NCBI GenBank assembly: GCA_039621445.1
Contig: CP154954.1
Location: 37,991,703 to 38,055,702 of the forward strand
Length of the DNA stretch: 64,000 nucleotides
Source: Euglena gracilis
Lineage: Eukaryota
Direction of reading: 5' to 3'
Positions 1 to 11,200 of this stretch are shown here, piece by piece (position 1 is the stretch's first letter; each line of letters begins with the position of its first letter). Position numbers and translations under genes: made by a program. Below the pieces are notes generated by a model. That model did not search any database. It was not told the DNA's origin and saw only the letters and a program-made list of their open reading frames with translations.

Positions 1-1159
1 AGCTGGACCTGGCCCCCAGCCCCAAAAGCCAAACCCCAGATTAAGCATTCTTCAGCCAAGGTGAAAAACCAAAAACCACCGGAAAAATGCCATTTTTTGG
101 CCATGTTTTGACCCCCTTTTCAAACGTTTTGGCGTTTTGTGCCGAATTTTTTTTCGGCCCAGCCCGGCTTCGCTGGGGTGGCTTGAACTTTATTTCAGCA
201 GACCCTCCCCCCCCCCCCCCAAGAGGGCTGCACTTTGCAGCCTGGCTGGGAGGAGCTGGCTGGAAAAAAGGTATTGGCTGGCTGGACCACCCTGCAGGAG
301 CTGGGTCCCCTCCGGCTCAAGAAAACCCTGATTGGGTGCCACCACCCCAGGTGAAAATGCAGGCATTCACTGATTTTTTTTTTTTGGAATTCAGCCCTGT
401 TGAACCTCCCCTTAATAAGTGAGCAGCACCATAATTATGTGCAGTGCCCTAACACGTTCGCACCCCCACAAGGGCCCGAAACTACCTCCCTAAAAAGTGC
501 ACCCCCAAGGAGAAATCAAGTCACATCTCAGGTCGGAAAGCACACACAATTCTCAGAAATGTCCTTCTCAGGCAATTATTTCTATCATCCGAGCCCAAAT
601 TTGGCACATAATCACTTGACTTATTGATTGACTTCACAAGAAGGGGAAAAACTGAAAAAGATTGGTGGAAAATTAGCTGTTTTGTGCTTTGCCCAAGTTT
701 GTGCACAGTGCCCGAATAAGTGTGCACCCCTTGGGGTCCGAAAACTTCATCCTCAAAATGTGCGCACTACTTTTTAGGGGGGTGTACCCCAGGGGGTGAC
801 ATGTGGCCGTATAAATATTCTCTTTCCCGAACTGCACCTGTTTTCGGCCAAATATTCCGAGTTTTCCCTCCCTTTTTGGTCGATCTTCAGTCGGAGCCAC
901 TGAACAGGGGGGGGGGTTTGATGTTTGGCACGAAACCAAAGAGGGGGCTTGTATTTGGCGGGTGTTATTTTTGGGTGGTTCTGATTGGGGGGGGGTTCAT
1001 CAAACCCTAGTTTAGGCCATTTGAGCAAGGCCAGAAATTCAGCCAAAATAGCATGGTTCCCCCGATCATACGTTGATGGATTGACACGATGGTAGAATGT
1101 GGGATAATATTATTTTGGGAGAGCAGGGAGGGTATTTAGGGAGTTATTTTTTTTGTAAG

Positions 1160-1294
1160 GTCTACCGTACCAAGGTGAATAGGACACAAAGACTCTTCAA
1201 GCATTCGTTAGTGTGCAAAGTGCACACCCCCTCAACAAAGGCCAGCCTCTTGAAAACCTTGAACCACATTTTACACATGCATGTTGTGCGAGCA
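1160..1294 (+). CDS. Possible upstream exon of the EF-hand gene (degenerate EF-hand helix)
   Basis: TTTTGTAAG acceptor; the frame reads ...STKASLLKTLNHILHMHVV, resembling an EF-hand exit helix and linker. The 3' boundary is unresolved. Confidence 0.3.
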
Positions 1295-2095
1295 ACACAG
1301 AAAATTGCAGATTGTTTGGCCTGTCCATGCCAAGAATTAGGTCTGTCCTCCTCCACCGTCAGTGATCCACCCAACTGGGCAGGGCTGTACGGGAATCTGC
1401 ACAACCCTACAGGTGGTGGGGAGGGGTCGACCAACCCCCCCCCTCTAGAAGGTGAATGACAATGAAAAAGGTACCATGCTTAATTTGAGTCTTTCCCCAC
1501 CTCCACAAGGCCGACATTTTTTTAAGGAGTTTCACCCGTCGTCCCCCCGGGTGGGTGTTATGGGCAGGCAGGGAAGGGCATTTTTGACCCCAGGTCGAGT
1601 TTTAGGGTGGGCAGTGCTATGGCACATTCCCTGGTGCCAAAGACGCCGGGGCCCCAAAAATGGGGAAAGTTAGGCACCCCTTGTTTTGCGGTTTTTGTCT
1701 TTTTGTGTTTTTTTCTGCGTTGCATTCTGCGAGGGCCCCCGTCTTGTCTCCTCTGCTGTCCGATGCAGTGATGGGCTTTGAATTGCTTGTGCCGAAGGGG
1801 GGGCCAAAGTGCTTTTCCCAAGCTGTTTAGGAACCCAAGTGCTCAATTATTTTGCATGTTTCAACTTCAACCTCTTTGTTTTTCCTTGTGGTTTTTTGAA
1901 ATTTCCTCTTTTTCCTGGTGTGCCTCGCACTTTGCAGGCCTTTGGTTAGACTTGCAAACATCTTTTGAATCCCCCTCCCCATCGTGCAAAGCGCTGCAGT
2001 TGATTGCCAGCTCCTGAGAGACAAGGCACTTTTTTTGCAAGGGTATTTCTTTTTAATGTGAAACCAGAGATACCTGTCATTTGCCTCATCTGCAG

Positions 2096-2229
2096 GAGCT
2101 TGATTTGCTTATTGATGCGTTCGACAGCAATAAGGATGGCAAAGTGTCGTACCTGGAATTCTGCAACACAATGGTGAATGGCCCCTGGGCTACGATGCAG
2201 TTTAAAGAGCCACCAATCACAGATCCAAA
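2096..2229 (+). CDS. EF-hand gene exon (loop DSNKDGKVSYLE)
   Basis: ctgcag| acceptor and |gtacga donor (phase 2); canonical EF-hand loop. Confidence 0.9.
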
Positions 2230-5200
2230 GTACGACGTGTTTTGCTGTTGCTGCTGCTGTTGCTGCTGAGGTGGGAATAATATTCCCCATCAGAATAGCC
2301 GAATTAGCTGAGTCTGTTTTTGATATCCCCAGTGTTTCATCAGAATAGCCGAAGCAGCTGAGTCTGGTTTTGATATCCCACTGTTCTCACAACTCTCTAT
2401 TCAAACCGCTGTTTGGCATGTGAAGCAACACAAATCCAAATTCTCTGGCTGGGTAGGTGGGGGGACCCCTGGGGGCTCGAACAGAAGCCTTGACCCATCG
2501 CATTCAGCAGGGAGGAGGGAATATGCACCATGCAGTTTTTGCACTTTCTTTGCGTTTTCTTTGTGTTTTTTTTTACAGAGGAAATTTCACTGAAGTGAAA
2601 TGAAATGCATGGCACGGGAGAGATGCATTTTTTGTCGTTATTTTTTGTTTTATTCACTCCACAGGATCCCTACAGTGCACAAAGTTCCTGACAATGAAGT
2701 GAGGTTGAATCTGCTCTTGCAGTCACTCCACAGGTCAGCAGTGCCCGTCCATCGAAGTTGGGATATTCCCAACTTCGGACCCCCTGGGCAGGTGGGTCTG
2801 CCGGTGGGTCCCCCCCCCCCCCCCCGGGGGTCAGGGCAGAACGGGAATCGGCCAAACAGCCAGGGTGGTGGGTGGGGGGGTGGTCGACCACCCTCCCCAC
2901 CACCTCTTCCTGTATTTCCGGGAGCACCAATTTTTTGGACCCAAAATTTTTCCCCAGCGCCGAAAAAAAAAAACCGAAGCCGAAGGCGCCGGGAGTTTTT
3001 TTTTTTTTACCATTTTTACCATTTACCGTATGGGAGGTCCCCCCAAAAACCCCTAAACCCCCATTTTTTCACACCTTCCAAAATTTCAACATTTTTCTCA
3101 AAAATCTTTTTTAGAGGTTTTTGAAGCAAAAAGAAATGTTATTGAATATCCAAAATTTTCCAAGAGAAAAAATGTCAGTAAAATTTGCGTGTGCCAAAAT
3201 TTGGTCCATTTTTTTGACCTTCGTTTTTTTCAGCCCCTCCTAAAAACCACCAATTTTTAAACCTGAAAATTTGAGATTTTTTTTGTGAAAGAAATGTGGT
3301 TTTCCATCAAAAAATCATGCTTTTTGAGTTCATTTTTCAAAAAATTTCCCCAGCCAACATCCCCGTTTTCCCAAAGTTGGTGAAAATGCTGTGGTGGGTG
3401 GGGGGGGTCGACCCCCCCCCCACCAGGCTTTCCCATTCTGCCCTGCTGGGGATGCTCCCCCTAGCTAACTAAAGTGGAGTATGTGCCTGGCATTTGGTGG
3501 CCGGCGTCGTAAACAAGGTAAGTCCCGCCAGGCTCCGGCCACCTCCACGTACACAGACAAAACGGGCCAGAGGTGAAAAACAGCGCCAGGCCAGAAGAAG
3601 GGATAAAATGCGCCAAACAAAAAGCCACAGTGCCCGCAGGGTACCCCCAAGGGTCTTGTGGGTCCCCCGCCAGAGGCAGGGTTTGGACTTTTTTGGCTTT
3701 TTTTTTTCGGCACAAAGTGCCAGTAAATTTTTTGACCCAAAAATTGACCCCTCAACAATTGGGTCCCCAGTTTGATTGCCAAAACGAGCAAAACCAGGTG
3801 GAAATGGTGGAAGTGGGAAAATGGCCGGAAACGGGCTGCCCAGCTCAAACTTTGGCAATGAACATATTTCTTTTGGCGTCTTGCCGATGTTTGGGCCTTT
3901 TTGCAGTTTCTGGTTTCTGGACCCAGTTCCACCCCAGGAAATTTTAGCCAGGGAATCACATATGGGAGGCAAGCACCTCTGATGATGCTGGGCGATGCTC
4001 GGCGATGCAGGGCGATGCTGGGCGATGCTGGGCGATGCTGGATTTTTGGAGACCAGAGGTGGGGTTCCGATGCTGGGCGATGCTGGGCGATGCAGGGCGA
4101 TGCTGGGCGATGCAGGGCGATGCTGGGCGATGCTGGGCGATGCTGGCATTTTTTTGTATATTTTGGAGAATTGAACCATTTTTGGGATAATTTTCCCAAA
4201 ATCACCAAAAAGGCGCAAAATGGCCAAAAATGCCATAAAATCTGCTCAAAAAGGCCCCAATTAGTCCAATGTTTGCCAAATCAGTGATAAATAGCCCCAA
4301 ATTAGCAAAAATTGACCCATAATGGCCAAAATGGGTGTCAAACTGGAGCTTTGTGGGTCATTTTTCACAATCTTTTGTGGACATTGTTGGCGTTTTTGGG
4401 CAATTTTTGGTTATTTTGGTTGTTTTTGGGGGCTTTTTGTGGTCAATTTTGGGCTTTTTGTGGCCATTTTTGGGGTTTTTGTGGTTAATTTGGCTTGGTC
4501 AGGAGCCAACGGATGAATACTGGACAGATACTGGACAAGATGCAGATGCTGGACAAGATGAACTGGATGCAGGCACTGGACAACATGCAGATGCTGGACA
4601 AGATGCCGATGCTGGACAAGATGAACTGGATGCAGATGCTGGACAAGATGCCGATGCTGGACAAGGTGCCGATGCTGGACAAGATGCAGATGCTGGACAA
4701 GATGCAGATACTGGACAAGATGCCGATGCTGGACAAGATGAATTGGATGCAGACACTGGACAACATGCAGATGGTGGACAAGATGCAGTTGCTAGGCAAG
4801 AAGCAGATGCTGGACAAGATGCAGATGCTAGACAAGATGCGGATACTGGACAAGATGCAGATGGACAAGATGCAGATGCTGGACAACATGCAAATGCTGT
4901 ACAAGATGCAGACACTGCACAAGATGCAGATGCTGGACAAGATGCAATGAGACAAGACACAGTGGATGCACGCTGTTGCTGTTGCAAGGGTGCCACCCTC
5001 CACCCTCCAGCACAACAACTGTTTTGGATTTTGTTTGTCTGACCGGCAAGAGACTTGCAACTTGCACTCGATGTTGCCATCTCACAGGCCTGCACCACAT
5101 CCTGTGCTGGCAAAAAGCAGCAAAAGTGGTCAAAAAGCAGGCACAAGTGGGGTAAAAGTGGTCAGAAAGTAGCAAAAGTGGTAAAAAGGTGGGCAAAAGT

Positions 5201-8200
5201 GGTCAAAACGCAGCAAAATTGGGCAAAAAAGTGAAAGTGATCAAAAAGCAGCAACAGTGGCCAAAAGTGGGCAAAAAGCAGGGTCGAAAAGCAACAAAAG
5301 TTGTCAAAAGTGGTCAAAAAGCAGGCAAAGGGGCCAAAAGTGGTCAAAAAGCAGCAAAAGTGATCAAAAAGCTGCAAAGGTGGTTGGATATGGGCAAAAG
5401 TGGGCAAAAAGAAACAAAAGTGGTCAAGAAGCAGTCAAAATTGGTCAAAAGGCAGCAAATGTGGGCAAAAGTGGTCAAAAAGCAGTCAAAAGTGGTCAAA
5501 GTGGGCAAAAAGCAGTCAAAAGTGGTCAAGTGGTCAAAAAGCAACCAAAGATGGCCAAAAGTAGCCAAAAGTGGGCCAGAGCGGCAAAAACAACAGGCAT
5601 TATAGGTACACCTTCAAGGGCTCCAAAGGCGATGCTGGGCGATGCTAGGCGATGCTGAGTGATGCTGGGCGATGCTGGGCGATGCTGGGCCCAAGGGCAT
5701 GGCTGACCAGAGGTGCTTGATGGGAGGGAATGGCTGGCTGGCTACTTTTCCGTCATTTGTGTTCCAACGTATTGGGACATTGAAGTAAGTGAGAGTTGGT
5801 TTTGCATGGTGGGGGTCAGACCCCCCGGGGTTCCAGACCCTCTCCGTCCTGCTTTAGATTCGGGAGGGGGGGTCCCTGGAACCTAGAAAGTTTTTCTCTG
5901 GGGCAAACATAATTTTCTATTTTTGCCTTCTTTCAAGGCTGAAGGGTGCTAAAGATACCTTTTCGCCTTTTTTTTCCAGCCCAAAAAGATTTTTTTTGGC
6001 AATTTGTTTTGTACAGGAGGAGGGGTAGGGAAGTCCCGAACCCCCTCCTCCCCATTGGGGTGGGGTGGCTTTTTTGAAGTGTTAAAATCCAGGCAAAAAA
6101 CAGCTCAGTATTTCGGAAAGGATGATTAAAGTTGGATGTTTTCATTTTGACTAGACAAAAGCCTTTTTGCGGGAATGTCCCAAATGTACGTCCAAGAAGC
6201 ATAATGAACAAAAGTTTTCTGAAGGGTCTATATTTTGGGATATACCCAAAGATGCCCAAGCAGGGTGTCTCTTAAGCCAAGTTTAAGTTTGCATTTTCTG
6301 TTTCTTTTTCTAAAAATTGGCAGGGATACACTGCCTCAGGATGAAAGACAGACAGGAGTTTTTTTTTTGTGTTGGAATTCGCTGTAGAATCTTTTTTGGC
6401 ACTGGTCCAAATCATTGGTATCCGACATTTTCATTCTGGTACCTTGTGCCTGGGTCATGTGGTGCAATCCTTCCTGACTTCCCAGCACAACACATCCGTA
6501 CGGGGGGGGGGGCAGGGTTGGTTCCCAGGGTGACCCAGGGAATATTGGTCAGCAAAAATCCATCTAATTGACCCGATTAGGATTTCAGCGCAAAATCCAC
6601 GGCTCAATCCATCCATCCAGTCTCAACTCTCTTCCCTTTGCTAGGTTTTCAAATGAATCAACTGTTGCCTCCACTGGTTGGGTTTTCTCAGGGCTTTGGA
6701 GCAGCGATTCCAAACAGTGCAGGAGGCGTTCATTCACCTCGATAAGAATCGTTCTGGCCTCATCAGCGCCCAGGAGCTGATTGGCATTCATGGAGGAAAT
6801 CGCTTCCATGATGCCATGATTTGTTTTGTTCGATTTGTTTTGAGTCAAGTTTAGCTTTGAAGCTTGAGAATCCATTACGGCTGGGAAAAAGGATGGAAAC
6901 AAAGGTGCTGGCTGGACGCTGGGGGGAGGGTCTGGCCCATGCATGGCTAGCTGAACCCCTCGGGTCCTTAAGCAATGGCATTGTTTGGCAAGGTAATTAA
7001 ATTAATGAAAAATTTGGTAAGACCTCCCAAATAATCAAGGGATTTTGCCCAATTTTAACCTCCTGCCCAAAGTGTTAAGTGTGCGGCAGTTTTGCGGGGG
7101 AGGGGGGTCAGACCACCCCCTCCCCAGAGGGTCCAGACCCCCCAACTCCTGCCGCACTCCTGTGAAGGGAATCAAACACGGCAGAAACCCACAAATTTCC
7201 TCCAGACAGAACATATTTGGACAAAATGACTGGCACAGCAAAATCAAAGCGAGTTTTCAATTTCAATTGAAACATCCAAAATTCGATGAATTTAGAAATT
7301 ATGTAAAAATCCACATCTTGGGATCTTTTTAAGTTTGAAAGTTTGCGCGCAACAAAGTGATTTTAATGGCATAATTCAAACTCAGATAAAGCAATGCCAT
7401 TTTCTCCCGCGCTATAAATCAGCCAACTCATTTATAAGAAAATGGCTACAAGAGAACACATTGGTCAACATATGTAGTGCCCAGATTTTTAAAAAAAATA
7501 AAATTTGATGGTGCAAAAATTTGGCACCCCGCCAAGTGATAGTGAGGGGGGGGGGGCATTGCTGAAGGGACTGCACTTCCAGAGCAGTTGGGGGCAGGTT
7601 TTTCTGCTGGGTGAAGAACACCCAAGGCTACCACCCTACAGTTTCTCTTAAAAATCGTGGGATTAAAGTCAGATTTCCTCCATGTTATTGTTTTGCACAA
7701 CAACAACGTTCGTGTCAACTGGGAAGACATTCAATTGTTGGTTGATTATTTTGACACGAACAAGGATGGGCTGATTTCCTGATTGGGCTGTTTTGTTACT
7801 TTCTGAGGATATCAATCTTTGGCAAATGGAGCACACACGGACTAGACACAAGCTGCACACGCACACGCTTGCATGCGCACGCGCGCGCACGCACACTTGC
7901 GCAAACTCACATCCATGTGCATAAATGCATGTGGACGTGTGTGCACACTTGCGCATTTGCACGCAAACACACATTTAGGTGCCGGCAAAGACACTCACAT
8001 CCATCAGCCAGCCACCCACCCACCCACTCATTTGCTACCCCCCCCAGGGTTGTTCAGAAGCTCCGCAGACATGAGGGTGGTGGTAGGGGGGGTCACCCCC
8101 CCTCCAGGGGGGTAAGGTGGTGGGGGGGTCCCCCACCCCCCCTCCTCCTCTGCGAGTGCAAAAAAAAATTCCTCCGGCGCTTCGCACCGGGTGTGCACTT

Positions 8201-11200
8201 TAAGACCCTCTTGAGTCTCAACATGGAATTTTGGCAAAATGGCCCAAATTGGCCGAAAAATGGCCGTAACTTGGGATGGGCGGGGAGTTGCGTGGAAATC
8301 AAAATACTTTTAGACAGGGCATTTTAAGGGCTTCAATTTAGGTCTCGAACATTTCCTTTGTTCCCCACCGTTTTTGAGAAATTTCAGAAAAATCGACCTT
8401 TTGATCCCAAAAAACGACCGAAATTTTCGGTGACCGAAAGCTGGAGGTAGGAGGGGGGACGGTCCCCCCCCCCTCCGAGATTCCCACACAACTCTGCCCC
8501 TCCCCCCCGGCGCTTGGCCCCACTCCTTCTTGCATGCAAATTTGCCCCCTAAAGTTTGGCCTTCGGCCTTTTGCACATGGCCGCCAAAATTTTCAACGTG
8601 CAAACTTGGCCCCCATAAAGTTGGCCCCCTGGCCCAGTATTAAGTGAGCGGTGGTTTTGCAGGGGGGGCACCCCCTCCTCCCCCCTCAAACCGAGGGGGG
8701 TCTGGGAACCCAAAAAAAATTTCCGGCGCGAATAGCTGGAAATGATGAAAATTTTGGTGTGCGTTTTGACCGATTTTTCAAAAAGGTGCAGAAAACGCGA
8801 TTTTTGGGGCCATTTTCAAGGCCAACAAAATTTTTCAAGGTAAAAATTTACAAAACTTTTTATGAAGGTAGCTTTTTGAATTCAAATTTTCAAGAATTTG
8901 TAAGGCTTGTTCATGGGCGGTCAAAGAGTCATCCAGGCATCAAACCAACGTCGGTCCCGGTTGCAAATCAAACACATTTCTTTGAGTTTTCAGTGGATGG
9001 GCAATGTTCCAGCGATGCCAGAAATAATTTTCCCTGGAGTTGATTTTTTTTTTGCTGAGATTTCGAACTTCTTTTTTTTGCTCAATTTCGAATATTTTTT
9101 CCAGGACCATTTTTTTTTAAAGGTTTTCTAAGGTTCCTTTAGGCAATTTGTCCAATTTTTTTTTTCAGTCTTTTTTTAAAAGGTTTTGAAGGTTTTTTTG
9201 AGGCGCCTTTACAAAATAATGCCTGCTGGGGGAGGTACACATACAGCACCTCTTTCTGCAAAACACCATGTTATTGTCTTTCAACATAATCCCAGAAAAT
9301 TTCACTTGAAGATGATGGCCATTTGGGCCCCAGGCAAATTCTGACCTACTTTATGCTTTATCGTCAATTTGTGGTTTGCCAAAACTGACCCTTTTAAGCG
9401 ACGCCTGACGCCAACCCTTGGGCTGTTTATGTCCGTTCAAAGGGCCATCGCCCAAAAGGTTGGAAGTCACCAGATTTCAGGTAGGCTGAGCAACTGTATA
9501 TTGCGGAGTCGTGTCTCATGAAACTTCACGGATAATGTAAAAAAATGCTCCATAGGCATTGAATGTAACCCCCCAAATAAGACACCCCCCGGTGTGTTAT
9601 TTGGGCACCCGAGGTGGGGCCCCGGGGGGGGTGTTATTTGGGGGGATGTGTTATTTTTACATGGAAAACCAAAGGAAAAAAGGGGGGGGTGTTATTTGGG
9701 CGCCCGAAATCGGCCCCCGAGGGGGGGTGTAATTTGGGGGGGGGAGAGTTATTTGGGGGTGTGTAATTTTGGGGGGGTTATCGATGTTCAGCAATGCAGG
9801 TGGGGAATTTTTGTTTCAAATGTGACAGCTCGGATTAGCAAGATTACATTTGAGAGAATAATGGATGGTATTCTACATAGGAGCATTCTAAATGTCCTCC
9901 TCATGCAAAAATTTCCGTCCCAGCGCTTTGTGCCGGGCCGAATATCATCACCTGGGCCGCCACTGTTTCGGTTGGGGGGTGTCAAAAAGGGCCTGGTTCT
10001 TTGGTAAAAAGTATTTCTTTTTTACAAATCGCTTATTTTTTGAACTTTTTTTTGTTGCAATTTTCCTTTCCCAGCTCGATTTCGTTCCATCCAGGGACCC
10101 CCAGCTCCACTTCGGCAAAACAAATCCAAGAAAATTTGTGCACTCATTCATCATTCATCACTCATTCATCATTCACCATTCATTCAGCAAACAAACGAGC
10201 ACAGTGCTGAAATTTCAATTCAGAAGCAAATTTGATTTTGACCCAGAGATATAGTTCCCTCTTGCCAGGGCGTCGCTTAAGCTGGAAGGTCCCCTTTCCT
10301 GGGGGGCCCAGCCAACCAGCAGCCTTTTTCAAGGACTCCTCGCCAATCGACCAGCTTTCTTTCCTAACCCCCCCCTCCCCCGGGATATTGACCCCCCCCC
10401 CTCATCATTGACCCCCTGAGCTGTTGGGCCCGATGTTGACCCCCCCCCAAGTTGACCCCGTCAACATCTGGGGGGCCCCCTGGTCAACATCCTGGGGGGG
10501 GGACTGTTCAGCTGGCCAAAAGACAGCTGGAACGGATTTTTTTTTGGAGGTGCAAAAATAGGCCAAGGAAAGGGCAAAAAAGGGACACAACCAGGTTGGC
10601 CATCTCAAAAAATCCGGCAAAACTTTTGCACGTTTGGTGCAGTTTTGTTGAGGTTATTCCTGCAGTTTCGACTCCTTTGAATTGGGTTCGACGCAGTTTC
10701 TGCCAGGGATCCCAGCCGCTTTTGGGGAGGGAGGGAGGGCTCAGCCAGCAGCCTTTTTTCCAGGCAGCCCAAGTTTTCCATCTCTGGGCTGAACTCTTCC
10801 CAGTCACAAACCCATGTCTGTTGTTGCTTTTTTCCTCTCCTGAGATGGATCAAAGGACACCACAGCCCTGCAATGGGAAGAGTTTGTGCGGGGTATTCAA
10901 ATGAACCGGTGGAACCCCCGTGGTGCTGGTGACAGCCGGGAGACGCTTCTGCCCAAGCCATCTGTGGCCCCTGGTGCACGTGTGGAGGAACCTGGGCAGG
11001 GTGTGGCATTTGACACATTTGCATAAAATCTTGAGTTTGACCACAACTGAAGGCCGCCGAAGGTTATAGAGGTCACCCAAAAAAATTATTTTCCCCCTAA
11101 ATATAAGGCCTCCCCGCCAAATATAAAGCCCCCCCCCCCCTGAGGGTCTTGAAATCCCGTCCAAATACAAATCCGGGAGGGCTTTATATTTGGGGGGTTA

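Noticed and set aside
2230-2269. Poly-cysteine C-terminus (CCCCCCC*)
   Set aside because: It lies after the GTACGA donor, in an intronic TGC/TGT microsatellite.
4335-5042. DADAGQ-repeat ORF as a real protein
   Set aside because: It is an intronic minisatellite open in several frames, with no credible start or splice context.
6585-6944. 119-aa protein-like ORF on the - strand
   Set aside because: It is the antisense shadow of the + strand EF-hand exon 6692-6785 and has no convincing donor.
7561-7597. AEGTALPEQLGA as an alternative EF-hand exon
   Set aside because: Exon 6692-6785 gives a canonical loop and a 13-bp closing stem, so this match looks coincidental.
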